Below, one piece after another: positions 26,435-36,153 of a DNA stretch of 64,000 nucleotides (positions within the stretch are counted from its first letter, which is position 1; the number at the start of each line of letters is the position of its first letter). The DNA is from an uncultured Clostridia bacterium. GTDB taxonomy: Bacteria > Bacillota > Clostridia > Oscillospirales > Ruminococcaceae. A program made the position numbers and the translations under genes. The notes under the pieces are model-generated. The model was given only the letters and a program-made list of their open reading frames with translations, had not been told where the DNA came from and made no database searches. Where the stretch lies: positions 1,876 through 65,875 of the forward strand of contig CANRKB010000010.1 in NCBI GenBank assembly GCA_947631115.1. Direction: 5' to 3'.

Positions 26435-28204
26435 ATGACCTTTCAAGATGTGGTGTCAATGATCGCGGGATTATGCGTGTTTATGTTCGGAATGCACACG
26501 CTCTCCGCTTCGCTCGAAAAATTTGCAGGTGGCAGGATAGAAGACCTGCTCAATAAAATGACTTCAAACCCCATAAAAGGAGTGGCTCTCGGCGCGGCAG
26601 TAACGGCGCTTATACAGTCGTCGGCGGCTACCACCGTCATGATGGTAGGTTTTGTAAACTCGGGGCTTTTAAAGCTCTCCCAGGCGATAAGCGTTATTAT
26701 GGGCGCAAATATCGGAACGACCGCAACGGCGTGGCTTATGAGCCTTTCTTCGCTTGCGGGCAACGATGTTTCGGGAATAATGAACATTTTAAACTTCAAC
26801 ACCGTTATAACCGTTATCGCGCTTATCGGAATAATCCTCGCTATGTTTACAAAATCCGACAGGAAAAAGACCGTCGGAAATATACTCATGGGCTTTGCGC
26901 TTCTGATGTTCGGACTGAATATGATGTCCGCCGCTTCGGAAAAGCTAAAGGACGTTCCCGAATTTACGCAGTTTATGACGATGTTCTCAAACCCGATACT
27001 CGGAGTTATCGCGGGCGCGGTACTTACGGCGGTGCTGCAGTCGTCGTCCGTTTCGATAGGTATTTTACAGTCGGTCGCAAGCCAGACGGGAACTATCACA
27101 TATAAAATCGCGCTCCCCATTCTTCTCGGACAGAACATAGGCTCCTGCGTTACGGCGCTTATTTCGTCGATCGGCGCTAACAAAGCCGCAAAGCGCGTGG
27201 CGATAGTTCATCTTTATTTCAACGTTATCGGAACGGTCGTGTTCCTGGGGCTGTTCTATCTTATTACGGCGTTTATTGATATGCCGATAGTAAACGAACA
27301 GATAAACGCGGTTGGAATTGCCGTTATACACTCGCTGTTCAACATTTTGGCAACCGCGTTGTTCCTGCCTTTTACAAAACAGCTCGAAAAGCTGGCTTGC
27401 CTTACTATCCGCGACAGCAAGGACGACGAGGCGAAAATGCCGATACTGGACAAGCGTCTTCTTAATACTCCCGCAGTCGCAATCGAAGAATGTAAGAACG
27501 TCGCATATAAAATGGCTGAACTTACGCATAAAACGCTGCTTTCGGCGATAGACCTTGTGGGGAATTACGACTCCAAGACCGCCGCGGAAATTGTCGAGAA
27601 TGAAAACACCATAGACATATACGAGGACAAGATAGGCTCGTATATTCTCCAGGTCGCTTCCAAAGACCTGTCTGTAAACGACGGACAAGCCGTTTCAAAT
27701 CTGCTCCATACCATAGGCGACCTCGAGCGAATTTCCGATCATGCCGTAAACATAACCGAAGCCGCCGAAGAAATGCACGACAAGAAGATAAAGTTCTCTA
27801 AAGCCGCGGAAAACGAAATGGCGGTCATGACTGCCGCGCTCAAAGAGATACTCGATATGTCGCTCAGGGCGTTTTTAAACAACGACGTTGCATTGGCGAA
27901 AGAGGTAGAGCCGCTCGAAGACGTTATAGACGGGCTTAGAACGGAGCTTAAAAACCGCCATGTAGAGCGCCTGAAAACCGGAAAATGCACGATAGAACTC
28001 GGGTTTATCCTACAAGACTTGCTGACGAATTATGAGAGAGTTTCGGATCACTGCTCGAATATCGCGGTTTGTCTTATCCAGATAAAGGAAAACAGCCTCG
28101 ATACTCACGAGTATATAAACGAGCTGAAAAAGCTCGACAAGTCCGAGTTTATGGACGAGTTTAACGACTATCGCTCTAAGTACACGCTTCCCGAAAGGAG
28201 ATAA
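26435..28204 (+). CDS. Na+/phosphate symporter family protein with C-terminal PhoU-like domains
   Basis: 589 aa. Duplicated QSSSA(T/V) motifs in the TM part. C-terminal helical region with the ERI/VSDH motif twice. Confidence 0.85.
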   Translation: MTFQDVVSMIAGLCVFMFGMHTLSASLEKFAGGRIEDLLNKMTSNPIKGVALGAAVTALIQSSAATTVMMVGFVNSGLLKLSQAISVIMGANIGTTATAWLMSLSSLAGNDVSGIMNILNFNTVITVIALIGIILAMFTKSDRKKTVGNILMGFALLMFGLNMMSAASEKLKDVPEFTQFMTMFSNPILGVIAGAVLTAVLQSSSVSIGILQSVASQTGTITYKIALPILLGQNIGSCVTALISSIGANKAAKRVAIVHLYFNVIGTVVFLGLFYLITAFIDMPIVNEQINAVGIAVIHSLFNILATALFLPFTKQLEKLACLTIRDSKDDEAKMPILDKRLLNTPAVAIEECKNVAYKMAELTHKTLLSAIDLVGNYDSKTAAEIVENENTIDIYEDKIGSYILQVASKDLSVNDGQAVSNLLHTIGDLERISDHAVNITEAAEEMHDKKIKFSKAAENEMAVMTAALKEILDMSLRAFLNNDVALAKEVEPLEDVIDGLRTELKNRHVERLKTGKCTIELGFILQDLLTNYERVSDHCSNIAVCLIQIKENSLDTHEYINELKKLDKSEFMDEFNDYRSKYTLPERR

Positions 28205-28253
28205 GGGATTTACAGTATTTTTTCAATGAAATGTTGACAATAATCGAAAGGTG

Positions 28254-28330
28254 TCGTGTACAGTGTACAGTTTACAATGGACAGTATTCAGTAAAATGTA
28301 TCCGCTTCGCGGATAATATTTAGATTGTTT
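28254..28330. repeat. Family-2 solo half-element
   Basis: GTGTACAGTGTACAGTTTACAATGGACAGTATTCAGTAAAATGT-ATCCGC-TTCG-GCGGAT-AATATTTAGATTG. Matches the reverse complement of the right arm of 7729-7942, with a different but still pairing hairpin. Confidence 0.7.
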
Positions 28331-28340
28331 TGAAATTATA

Positions 28341-28378
28341 AGGGCGTAAACCGCCATAACGGGTTTACGCCCTTTTTA
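28341..28378. terminator. Bidirectional terminator between the convergent Na/Pi and dnaE genes
   Basis: AGGGCGTAAACC-GCCATAAC-GGGTTTACGCCCTTTTT. Confidence 0.75.
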
Positions 28379-28386
28379 TTGTCCGT

Positions 28387-31300
28387 TTACTTTACGACAA
28401 CATTTTCGCCGCCGAGAATGTCTTTTAGGCGCTTTAAAAGTTCCGCGCATATTCTGACTCCGCGAAGCCCGTTTATTCGCCTTACTTCGCGTTTATCGCG
28501 AAAGCATGCTCTTGCCGCAGAGATACCGCAATACTCGAAAAGAAGCGCCGTAATCCTAGGTATGCGCGGGTCGTTTTCATTCTCAAAATTGACATAAAGC
28601 GTTTTAGCGCGCCCCTCGGGGAGACTTTCTCCGCGCCTTATGCTGTTTACAATAAAGCTCGTTTTCCCGTCCTTCTTTTGTATTCTCCCGCTGAAATAGT
28701 ACACCTTCCCTACGGTGAGCCGCTCCGAAACCGAAAAAACGCTCGGAAATACAACCGCCGAAATTGTCCCGCTTTCGTCCTCAATATCCGCAAACGCCAT
28801 TTCCCCGCTCTTTGAAAAATGCGTCCTTACATTCTGCACAAGCCCCACTGCCGAAGCAAAAGCGCCGTCCCTCCGCTCTAGAGCGTCGGCTATGAACATA
28901 AAGTTCTCATGCCCGGGGGCGTTTTCCGCGCGCGACAGGTAAATACTCGCGGGGTGACACGAAACATAAAACCCGATCATCTCTGTTTCAAGACTGAGGA
29001 GCTTTGTTTTCGGAAATTCTTCCGATTTCGGAAAAGTAAACTTCGTTTGCGTTTCTTCGCTTCCGAGCAGGTCGAGCTGTCCGCTCTCCCGCCTGAAATT
29101 TTCCCGCGCCGCGTAGTTCATAAGCCCGTCTAAACCTAAAAGCATACTTGCCCTGCTAACGCCCAAGTTGTCCATAGCGCCGCATTTTATTAGCGCTTCG
29201 GTATATCTGCGGTTGTTTCCGAGAGCCTCTGTCCTAACGGCAAAATCTTCGGGAGAGGTATAAAGCCCGTTTGTGTCGCGCTCGTTTGCGGCTTCCTCGG
29301 AAAAGCCCCTGCCGAGGCTTTTTATCGCCGAAAGCCCGAATCTTATCGCGTTTCCCTCTACCACAAAATCCGCACAGCTTTTGTTTATATCGGGCGGGAG
29401 CAGTTTATATCCGCTCGCTTTTATGTCCGCGGCATATTCCGCGAGCTTTGAGTTATAGTCCTCAACGCTTGAGCATAGAGCGCTCATATACTCTTTGTAA
29501 TAATGACAGCGAAGAAAAGCCGTCTGATAAGCTACCGTGGCATAAGCCGCCGCATGGGATTTGTTAAATGCATAGCTCGAAAACTTTTCCATTTCGTCGA
29601 ATATCTCGTTTGCAATATCCTCGGGTACGCCGTTTTTTACCGCTCCGCAGTTTGTGTCGGTGCCATAAACGAACGCGTCATGTTCTTTTTCCATAACGCC
29701 GTGTTTTTTCTTTGACATCGCTCGCCTTACAAGGTCCGCTCTGCCGTATGAATACCCGCCTATCTCGCGGCATATCTGCATTACCTGCTCCTGGTATACT
29801 ATACAGCCGTATGTTACGGAGAGTATATTTTTTAGAAGCGGGTGTTTGTATTTTATCTCTTCGGGCTTTTTGTGGCGGTTTTCAATATACGCGGGAATTG
29901 AATCCATAGGTCCGGGGCGGTATAATGCAATTGCCGCAGTAAGGTCTTCTATAGACTGCGGTTTCAATCGCGCAATAACCGACGACATTCCGTCCGATTC
30001 AAGCTGAAACACGCCGCAGGTCTTTCCCTCTCCGAGCATTTTAAATGTTTTTTCGTCATTTTCGCTTATTTTCTTTATGTCAAAATTCGGCTCCGTTATA
30101 CGTATCTTTTCACAAGCCTTGTGAATGACCGTGAGATTTCTAAGCCCCAGAAAGTCCATTTTCAGCAGTCCGAGCCGTTCGAGCGCGGTCATGGTAAACT
30201 GCGTTTTTGCGCCGTCCGAGTTTACTTCTACGGGCGCATATTCTACGACAGGCTCGCGCGTTATAACTATCCCCGCCGCATGAACGGTAGTATGCCGCGG
30301 AAATCCCTCGATAAGCATAGCCGCGTCAATAAGCGTTTTTATCTCGCTGTCCGTTTCGTAGAGCGCTTTAAGCTCTCCGCGCTTTATTTCCTCCGAAAGC
30401 TGTGGATTTATGAGCGGCGGCACGGCTCTTGCGGCGGCGTCTATCTTGCGCTGTGGAATAGCAAGCGCCCGCCCCGCGTCGCGTATCGCCGCTTTTGATT
30501 TTAGGGTATCGAATGCGGCAATTTGCGCAACACACGGCGCGCCGTAACGCCTGCGGACATATTCTATGACCTCGCCCCTGCGCTCGTTGCAGAAGTCTAT
30601 ATCGAAATCGGGCATTGAAACGCGCTCGGGGTTTAAAAATCTCTCGAACAGAAGATTATAACGCAGCGGATCAATTTCCGTTATGCCCATGCAATACGCG
30701 CAAAGCGAACCCGCTCCGCTCCCTCTGCCGGGGCCTACGGGAATATCGTTCGTCTTTGCATAGCGCACAAAATCCCATACTATCAAAAAATAGTCCACAA
30801 AGCCCATTTTTTCGATTATCGAAAGCTCGTAATCAAGGCGGCTCTTTATCTCGTCCGTCACTTTGCCATAGCGCTTCTCCGCGCCTTTTTCACACAGCTT
30901 GCGAAAATACTCGGCGTTGTCCGAAACGCCGTCTTTTTTGAAAAACGGGAGCTTTGTAACTCCAAACTCAAATTTAAAATTGCATTTTTCGGCAATTTTT
31001 TCCGTTTGCGAAATCTCCTCGGCGGTGAAAAAGCGTTTCATTTCCTGTTCGCTTTTCAAATAATATTCGTCGTTTAAAAGCCCGCCGCTCGATTTATCGG
31101 AAAGCCTGCGGTTTTCTTTTATACATTCAAGGAGCTTTTGCGCCCTGCTCTGCGATTTTTCGACATAGTGAACATTGTTTGTGGGACAGGTTTTTATTTC
31201 CGTTGTTTCGGACAATGCCCGAAGTTCCCTGCAAAGCGCCGTTTCCTCGGCGGTATCGTGGCTGTTCAGTTCAAGATAAAAGTCCTCGCCGAATATCGAC

Positions 31301-31773
31301 CTATACCATTCGGCGCACTTTTTGGCTTCGGCAGTTCTTCCTTCCCGAATTAAGCGGGCAATTTCGCCCCTGTTCCCGCCAGAAAGCGCAATAAGCCCCT
31401 CTGCGTATTTTTCAATGCAGTCCTTATCCGACACAAATTCGCCCATTACCTCGACTTGCTCGGAGATAAGGCGGCAAAGGTTTTTATAACCCGTTTCATT
31501 TTTGCACAAAAGCGTAAGTCTGCTCGGCGCAGAAGACGCTTTCATAAATCTGCTGTTTTCGCTGACCCTTATTTCACAACCGATTATAGCTTTTATGCCG
31601 AGTTCTTCGCATATGTCGAAAAAGTCGATTGCGCCGTAGAGTGCGCCCGTGTCGGTTATCGCAAGCGCGGACATACCGAGCGCCTTTGCTTTTTCGCACA
31701 GCTCTCTGAGCCTGCAAGCTCCCTCAAGCAGGCTGTAACCCGTATGAACATTTAAATGGACAAATCCCGACAC
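28387..31773 (-). CDS. dnaE: DNA polymerase III alpha subunit, DnaE type
   Basis: 1128 aa. N-terminal PHP domain FVHLNVHTGYSLLEGA, a polymerase core, and an OB-fold C-terminus. Confidence 0.95.
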   Translation of the reverse strand: MSGFVHLNVHTGYSLLEGACRLRELCEKAKALGMSALAITDTGALYGAIDFFDICEELGIKAIIGCEIRVSENSRFMKASSAPSRLTLLCKNETGYKNLCRLISEQVEVMGEFVSDKDCIEKYAEGLIALSGGNRGEIARLIREGRTAEAKKCAEWYRSIFGEDFYLELNSHDTAEETALCRELRALSETTEIKTCPTNNVHYVEKSQSRAQKLLECIKENRRLSDKSSGGLLNDEYYLKSEQEMKRFFTAEEISQTEKIAEKCNFKFEFGVTKLPFFKKDGVSDNAEYFRKLCEKGAEKRYGKVTDEIKSRLDYELSIIEKMGFVDYFLIVWDFVRYAKTNDIPVGPGRGSGAGSLCAYCMGITEIDPLRYNLLFERFLNPERVSMPDFDIDFCNERRGEVIEYVRRRYGAPCVAQIAAFDTLKSKAAIRDAGRALAIPQRKIDAAARAVPPLINPQLSEEIKRGELKALYETDSEIKTLIDAAMLIEGFPRHTTVHAAGIVITREPVVEYAPVEVNSDGAKTQFTMTALERLGLLKMDFLGLRNLTVIHKACEKIRITEPNFDIKKISENDEKTFKMLGEGKTCGVFQLESDGMSSVIARLKPQSIEDLTAAIALYRPGPMDSIPAYIENRHKKPEEIKYKHPLLKNILSVTYGCIVYQEQVMQICREIGGYSYGRADLVRRAMSKKKHGVMEKEHDAFVYGTDTNCGAVKNGVPEDIANEIFDEMEKFSSYAFNKSHAAAYATVAYQTAFLRCHYYKEYMSALCSSVEDYNSKLAEYAADIKASGYKLLPPDINKSCADFVVEGNAIRFGLSAIKSLGRGFSEEAANERDTNGLYTSPEDFAVRTEALGNNRRYTEALIKCGAMDNLGVSRASMLLGLDGLMNYAARENFRRESGQLDLLGSEETQTKFTFPKSEEFPKTKLLSLETEMIGFYVSCHPASIYLSRAENAPGHENFMFIADALERRDGAFASAVGLVQNVRTHFSKSGEMAFADIEDESGTISAVVFPSVFSVSERLTVGKVYYFSGRIQKKDGKTSFIVNSIRRGESLPEGRAKTLYVNFENENDPRIPRITALLFEYCGISAARACFRDKREVRRINGLRGVRICAELLKRLKDILGGENVVVK

Positions 31774-31836
31774 AAAAACTCACCTCTTTTTTCGGACGGG
31801 GATTATATTAACTGCCCCATAAGCGGGAACTTAAAA

Positions 31837-32298
31837 TCAGTCAGTTTCAAACTCAAAAAGTTTTCGTTTTTTAGAGTGGTTGTCAATAGAGTAAATCGTT
31901 ATCCAAGTATAAGCGTCGGTATACTCATCGAATGTACAATCAATACCTGTATTTGCCTTGAACGCTTCAAGGTTTTCGTCATGCTCAACACTTATACAGA
32001 TTTCGACAGGAGAATTATCACAGCGTTTTTTTAATTTGAAATGAGGTATATAACTCTTTTCTTTTTCACCGCATGGGGTACAGAACATTCCGCTACACCC
32101 GTTGTATCTGCTGTCATAAATTGTATATTCTTTTCCGCATTTGGAACACTTTATTTTTACGGCTTCTTTTTTATCAAGATAGGATTCGTATACATCAAAC
32201 AAAGTACATTCACAAATACACTTTAAATTAAATGTTGTAAAATTATTTTTGTTTTTTTCCAAATATGCTATATCTCTTAAATAATTTGGAATAGGCAT
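31837..32298 (-). CDS. Orphan Cys-rich protein, low GC
   Basis: 153 aa. CSKCGK...CTPCG zinc-ribbon-like pair. AGGGGGA SD. Visibly AT-richer than dnaE and rpmF on either side. Confidence 0.6.
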   Translation of the reverse strand: MPIPNYLRDIAYLEKNKNNFTTFNLKCICECTLFDVYESYLDKKEAVKIKCSKCGKEYTIYDSRYNGCSGMFCTPCGEKEKSYIPHFKLKKRCDNSPVEICISVEHDENLEAFKANTGIDCTFDEYTDAYTWITIYSIDNHSKKRKLFEFETD

Positions 32299-32422
32299 TC
32301 TTATCCCCCTTTAGTAAATTCCGATTTACCGCAGTATTGAAATCGCTCTTTCTTATATCCCTACAGAAAAACGGGCTCGGCGAATTTCCGCCAAGCCCGT
32401 GATCCGGTCATCTTTAAAAAGA

Positions 32423-32608
32423 TCATTCAGCCTCTTTAGCAATAACAACCTTATTATTGTAATAACCGCAATTCCCGCAAACTCTGTGCGCGAGTTTAAG
32501 CTCGCCGCAGTTCCTGCATCTCGTAAAGTTCGGAGCATCTATCTTCCAAACAGCCGAACGTCTTTTATCACGTCTTGCGCGGGAAACCTTTCTCTTTGGT
32601 ACTGCCAT
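32423..32608 (-). CDS. rpmF: 50S ribosomal protein L32
   Basis: MAVPKRKVSRARRDKRR... with CRNCG...CGNCG zinc knuckles. Terminator at 32373-32400. Confidence 0.95.
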   Translation of the reverse strand: MAVPKRKVSRARRDKRRSAVWKIDAPNFTRCRNCGELKLAHRVCGNCGYYNNKVVIAKEAE

Positions 32609-32690
32609 TATCGTACACCCCCTCTAAGAAGTAAAGAAACAAGAAACAACATCTGTTCTTGCGATTTGTAACTTTCATCAAGTAAATACC

Positions 32691-32719
32691 ATTATATCAC
32701 ACAAAAACAGGTTTGTCAA
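32691..32719 (-). promoter_or_regulatory. Consensus promoter upstream of rpmF
   Basis: Minus strand TTGACA (32719-32714), 17 nt, TATAAT (32696-32691). Leader of about 80 nt. Confidence 0.65.
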
Positions 32720-32734
32720 GGGGTTTTAGAAAAT

Positions 32735-33139
32735 TTAACCGATAAATTTCTTTACGTTTTCGGGAAGCTCCGAATTGTCAGCGGAAATCGTCAGCGTAAT
32801 AGTGGTTTCGGGAGAGATAGCCGCGAGTCTGTCGAACATATCACCGAGCTTTGCATAATCTCTGCCTGTTATTTTAAGCGTTGCGTCTACAAAAATATCG
32901 GTGCAGTCGTGGTCTGAGGAAAGAATGCCCGCAACAAATCCGTAGAATGCGTCAATGCCCTCTACCGCATAGTCCTCAATATTTATAAGGCGAACTTTAT
33001 AGGTGATGTCGGTATTGAGCGAAGAACCTTTCTGAATAGCAACAACGTTTCCTTTTGACTGCTTTTCAGCCGCATGGATAGCGTCGATAAGGATCTTTGT
33101 CTTTCCCGAACCTCTTCTTCCTGTAATAATCTTGACCAT
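32735..33139 (-). CDS. Small (134 aa) P-loop protein of unknown function
   Basis: Walker A GRRGSGKT at residues 7-14. Possible Walker B DIFVDAT. No other domain recognised. Confidence 0.6.
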   Translation of the reverse strand: MVKIITGRRGSGKTKILIDAIHAAEKQSKGNVVAIQKGSSLNTDITYKVRLINIEDYAVEGIDAFYGFVAGILSSDHDCTDIFVDATLKITGRDYAKLGDMFDRLAAISPETTITLTISADNSELPENVKKFIG

Positions 33140-33164
33140 TGAATTATCCTCCGTGTATTAGTTA

Positions 33165-34505
33165 TTAAAGTCCAAGTTTCTTTTCAAGCTCCGCTTTCCT
33201 GTCCTCATAGCCGGGTTTTCCGAGGAGAGCGAACATGTTCTTCTTATAGCTTTCAACGCCGGGCTGGTTGAACGGATTTACTCCGAGCAGATAGCCGCTT
33301 ATCGCGCAAGCCTTTTCAAAGAAATAGATCATATATCCTAGCTCGTATTCGTTAAGCTCGGGAACTTCTATTACCATATTCGGAACGCCGCCTTCGGTAT
33401 GCGCGATAACAGTTCCCTCGAAAGCCTTTCTGTTTACAATGGACATATTCTGATTTGAAAGGAAGTTCAGTCCGTCTATGTTGTTGGGATCGTCATTCAG
33501 GAAAAGTTCCTTCTGCGGCTTTCCAAACTGAACGACTGTCTCAAACATAATTCTCGAACCGTCCTGGACAAACTGTCCGAGAGAATGAAGGTCTGTAGAG
33601 AACACCGCGCTCGACGGGTAAATTCCCTTTCCGTCCTTGCCCTCGCTCTCGCCGTAGAGCTGTTTCCACCATTCAGCCATCATCTGGAACGACGGCTCGT
33701 AGCTTATCAGCATTTCAACGCTCTTTCCTTTTTTATAGAGGATATTGCGGTAAGCGGCGTATTTATAGCAGTCGTTCTTTTCAAGGTCGCAGTCCTTATA
33801 CGCTTCTCTTGCGTCCTGAGCGCCCTTCATGAGCATATCGAGATCGCACCCAGCGCATGCTATCGGCAGAAGTCCTACCGCCGTAAGAACCGAGTATCTT
33901 CCGCCGACGTCGTCGGGAACGACAAACGTTTCATATCCCATTTTGTCGGAAAGCTCTTTAAGCGTACCGCGCGCCTTGTCGGTAGTAGCGTAAATTCTGC
34001 CCTTTGCGCCCTCCTCGCCGTATTTCTCGGTGAGCATATCTCTGAAAATTCTGAAAGCAAGCGCAGGCTCGGTAGTTGTACCGCTCTTGGAAATTATGTT
34101 TATTGAAAAATCCTTATCCTTTACGAGGGAGATAACCTCGCTGAGATAAGTAGGCGAAAGGCTGCACCCGACAAAATAAATTTCGGGAGTATCCTTTTTC
34201 ATAAGGTTATACATTGAGGACTTGAGGGCGTCAATTGCCGCTCTTGCGCCGAGGTAAGAACCGCCAATGCCGATAACAACGAGCGCCTGGCTGTCGCTTT
34301 TGATCTTCTCGGCAGCTTTTTTAATGCGCGCAAATTCCTCCTTGTCATAATCGACAGGCAGGTCTATCCAGCCGAGATAGTCGTTTCCCGCGCCCTGTCT
34401 GCTTTCGAGCGTGTCGTGAGCCGCTTTTACTTGTGCGGCGTACTGCTCGAGCTCGTGGTCTTTGATGAAACCGTTCAGATACTTGTCGTCAAGCTTCAGT
34501 GCCAT
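33165..34505 (-). CDS. pgi: Glucose-6-phosphate isomerase
   Basis: 446 aa. Firmicute-type PGI motifs ([15 protein letters not shown]). Confidence 0.93.
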   Translation of the reverse strand: MALKLDDKYLNGFIKDHELEQYAAQVKAAHDTLESRQGAGNDYLGWIDLPVDYDKEEFARIKKAAEKIKSDSQALVVIGIGGSYLGARAAIDALKSSMYNLMKKDTPEIYFVGCSLSPTYLSEVISLVKDKDFSINIISKSGTTTEPALAFRIFRDMLTEKYGEEGAKGRIYATTDKARGTLKELSDKMGYETFVVPDDVGGRYSVLTAVGLLPIACAGCDLDMLMKGAQDAREAYKDCDLEKNDCYKYAAYRNILYKKGKSVEMLISYEPSFQMMAEWWKQLYGESEGKDGKGIYPSSAVFSTDLHSLGQFVQDGSRIMFETVVQFGKPQKELFLNDDPNNIDGLNFLSNQNMSIVNRKAFEGTVIAHTEGGVPNMVIEVPELNEYELGYMIYFFEKACAISGYLLGVNPFNQPGVESYKKNMFALLGKPGYEDRKAELEKKLGL

Positions 34506-34676
34506 TTAAAAAATTCTCCTTTCCGTTTGTGAACTTCGCCACAAACCTCCTGTCTATATTATATATTATTTCAATCTTTTTTTCAAGATTTTTTGCACGC
34601 CGTAAATGAATTTGGAGAATTATTACTATTTGACAGAGGAATTTTGTGGAATTTGCACAAAGCGCATAACGCTTTC

Positions 34677-34791
34677 AGAGATTAGGGAATAGAATTAGTT
34701 TCGAGCGGCGAACAACGTTTAACATCAAAACCACCTAACAGGCGGTTTTGGGGTTAACGTTGTTCGCCGCTCGAAACAGCTTCTAATCTCT
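34677..34791 (-). terminator. Nested long hairpin / terminator after mntR
   Basis: 25-bp perfect inverted repeat GTTTCGAGCGGCGAACAACGTT(T)AAC (34697-34722) / GTTAACGTTGTTCGCCGCTCGAAAC (34753-34777). It encloses the hairpin AAAACCACC-TAACA-GGCGGTTTT (34726-34749). Outer arms are AGAGATTAG / CTAATCTCT. Confidence 0.6.
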
Positions 34792-35172
34792 TGACCCCTT
34801 ACTGTGCTTTTCAATATACGCCTTTATCGCTGTAAAGCTCTCCGCCGAAAGGCAATGCTCCATTCTGCAGGCGTCCTCTTCCGCCGTTTCCTTCGGTATC
34901 CCGAGAGAAGTCAGCCACTCCGTAAACAACAAGTGCCTTTCATAGACCTTTTCCGCTATTTCAAGCCCCTTTTCCGTCAGCGTTATATATCCGCTCTTAT
35001 CGACCTCGATACACCCCTCGTTGCGAAGATTTTTCATCGCAACGCTCACCGACGGCTTTGTAAAATCCATCTCCGCGGCAATATCCACCGACCGCACATT
35101 TCCCTGCCTGTTGCGAAGAATAAGTATCGTTTCGAGATAGTTTTCCTTTGATTCCAAAATTCTGTCTTTCAT
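34783..35172 (-). CDS. mntR: DtxR/MntR-family metal-dependent transcriptional regulator
   Basis: Starts at MKDRILESKENYLETILIL (ATG 35172). The 62-codon upstream extension in the track overlaps the preceding gene. Confidence 0.85.
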   Translation of the reverse strand: MKDRILESKENYLETILILRNRQGNVRSVDIAAEMDFTKPSVSVAMKNLRNEGCIEVDKSGYITLTEKGLEIAEKVYERHLLFTEWLTSLGIPKETAEEDACRMEHCLSAESFTAIKAYIEKHSKGSRD

Positions 35173-35183
35173 AGCCTTTTCCT

Positions 35184-36128
35184 TTACATCCTGTTGTTGT
35201 TCAAGTCCAACATTCTCGCAATAACGCTCCCCTCGTAAACAATGGGGTATTCCCTCAAAGAAAATACCACGCCGCTTACGGGTGCGGTTATGACCTGAAC
35301 TTTCGTTCCCGTTATAGGAGTAACTATCTCTCCTATCGCGCTTCCCTCTTCCAGCCACATATTATGCTCCGCGGCGGGGATAAATATCCCGCTTCCTACG
35401 GAATGTACTACGTGTACGGCATTGTCCCTCGCCACAACGGGATTTGAAATGCCGTCTTCTTCGTCAGCCCATATCCCGAGATAGTTCATAATGTTAAAAA
35501 TACCGTGGAGTATCTGCTCGCAGTAAATAAGGTCAATTCTTCCGCCTACTCCCATTTCGACCGCAAGCGTCGGTACGCCTTCTTCTATAAGCGCTTCGGC
35601 AAGCGAACCGCCGCCCACCGCTCCGCTTTCGTGAAGCCAGATGAGGTCGGTGTTGAGCTTTCTGGCGTATTTAAGCAGACTGTCCGAGTTTTTCGGCGCA
35701 ATTCTCACCTGCGGTATCTCTCTTATAAACAGATTGCTTGCATGTATATCCACGCACAAGTCCGCGCCCTTTATGTCCTCTACTATCTTCTTTCCGATGT
35801 TCTCCGAGTTTGAACCCAAGTCCTCTCCCGCCGAAAACAGCTTGTTCATGTCCAGACCCGAAGTAGGGACAGCCCTGCTCACGCTTTCCATTCCCAGAGG
35901 ATTTATCGCGGGATAGATGTCGATTCGCCCTTTTAGGTTCTGCATTTTCTCGGTTATCGTCTTTACCAGCTTATAGCAGATATACTGCCCCTCCAGCTCG
36001 TCGCCGTGTATTCCCGTTACAACGGCAATTCTCTTATCGGTAGTCGGATTTACCGCGCAGAGCGAATTTTTCCTTATAACAAGCTCCTCGTCCACATTGA
36101 GCTTTATTGTTACAATATTTTCGATCAT
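35184..36128 (-). CDS. Succinylglutamate desuccinylase/aspartoacylase (AstE/AspA) family zinc hydrolase
   Basis: 314 aa. The GIHGDELEG zinc-binding motif is typical of this M14-like family. Confidence 0.75.
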   Translation of the reverse strand: MIENIVTIKLNVDEELVIRKNSLCAVNPTTDKRIAVVTGIHGDELEGQYICYKLVKTITEKMQNLKGRIDIYPAINPLGMESVSRAVPTSGLDMNKLFSAGEDLGSNSENIGKKIVEDIKGADLCVDIHASNLFIREIPQVRIAPKNSDSLLKYARKLNTDLIWLHESGAVGGGSLAEALIEEGVPTLAVEMGVGGRIDLIYCEQILHGIFNIMNYLGIWADEEDGISNPVVARDNAVHVVHSVGSGIFIPAAEHNMWLEEGSAIGEIVTPITGTKVQVITAPVSGVVFSLREYPIVYEGSVIARMLDLNNNRM

Positions 36129-36153
36129 AAGATACTCTCCAAAGTTTTAACCG

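Noticed and set aside
34783-35358. 191-aa version of the mntR ORF
   Set aside because: The first 62 codons overlap the 3' end of the AstE-like gene in another frame and are Arg/Gly-rich junk. The DtxR-family homology starts at MKDRIL (35172).
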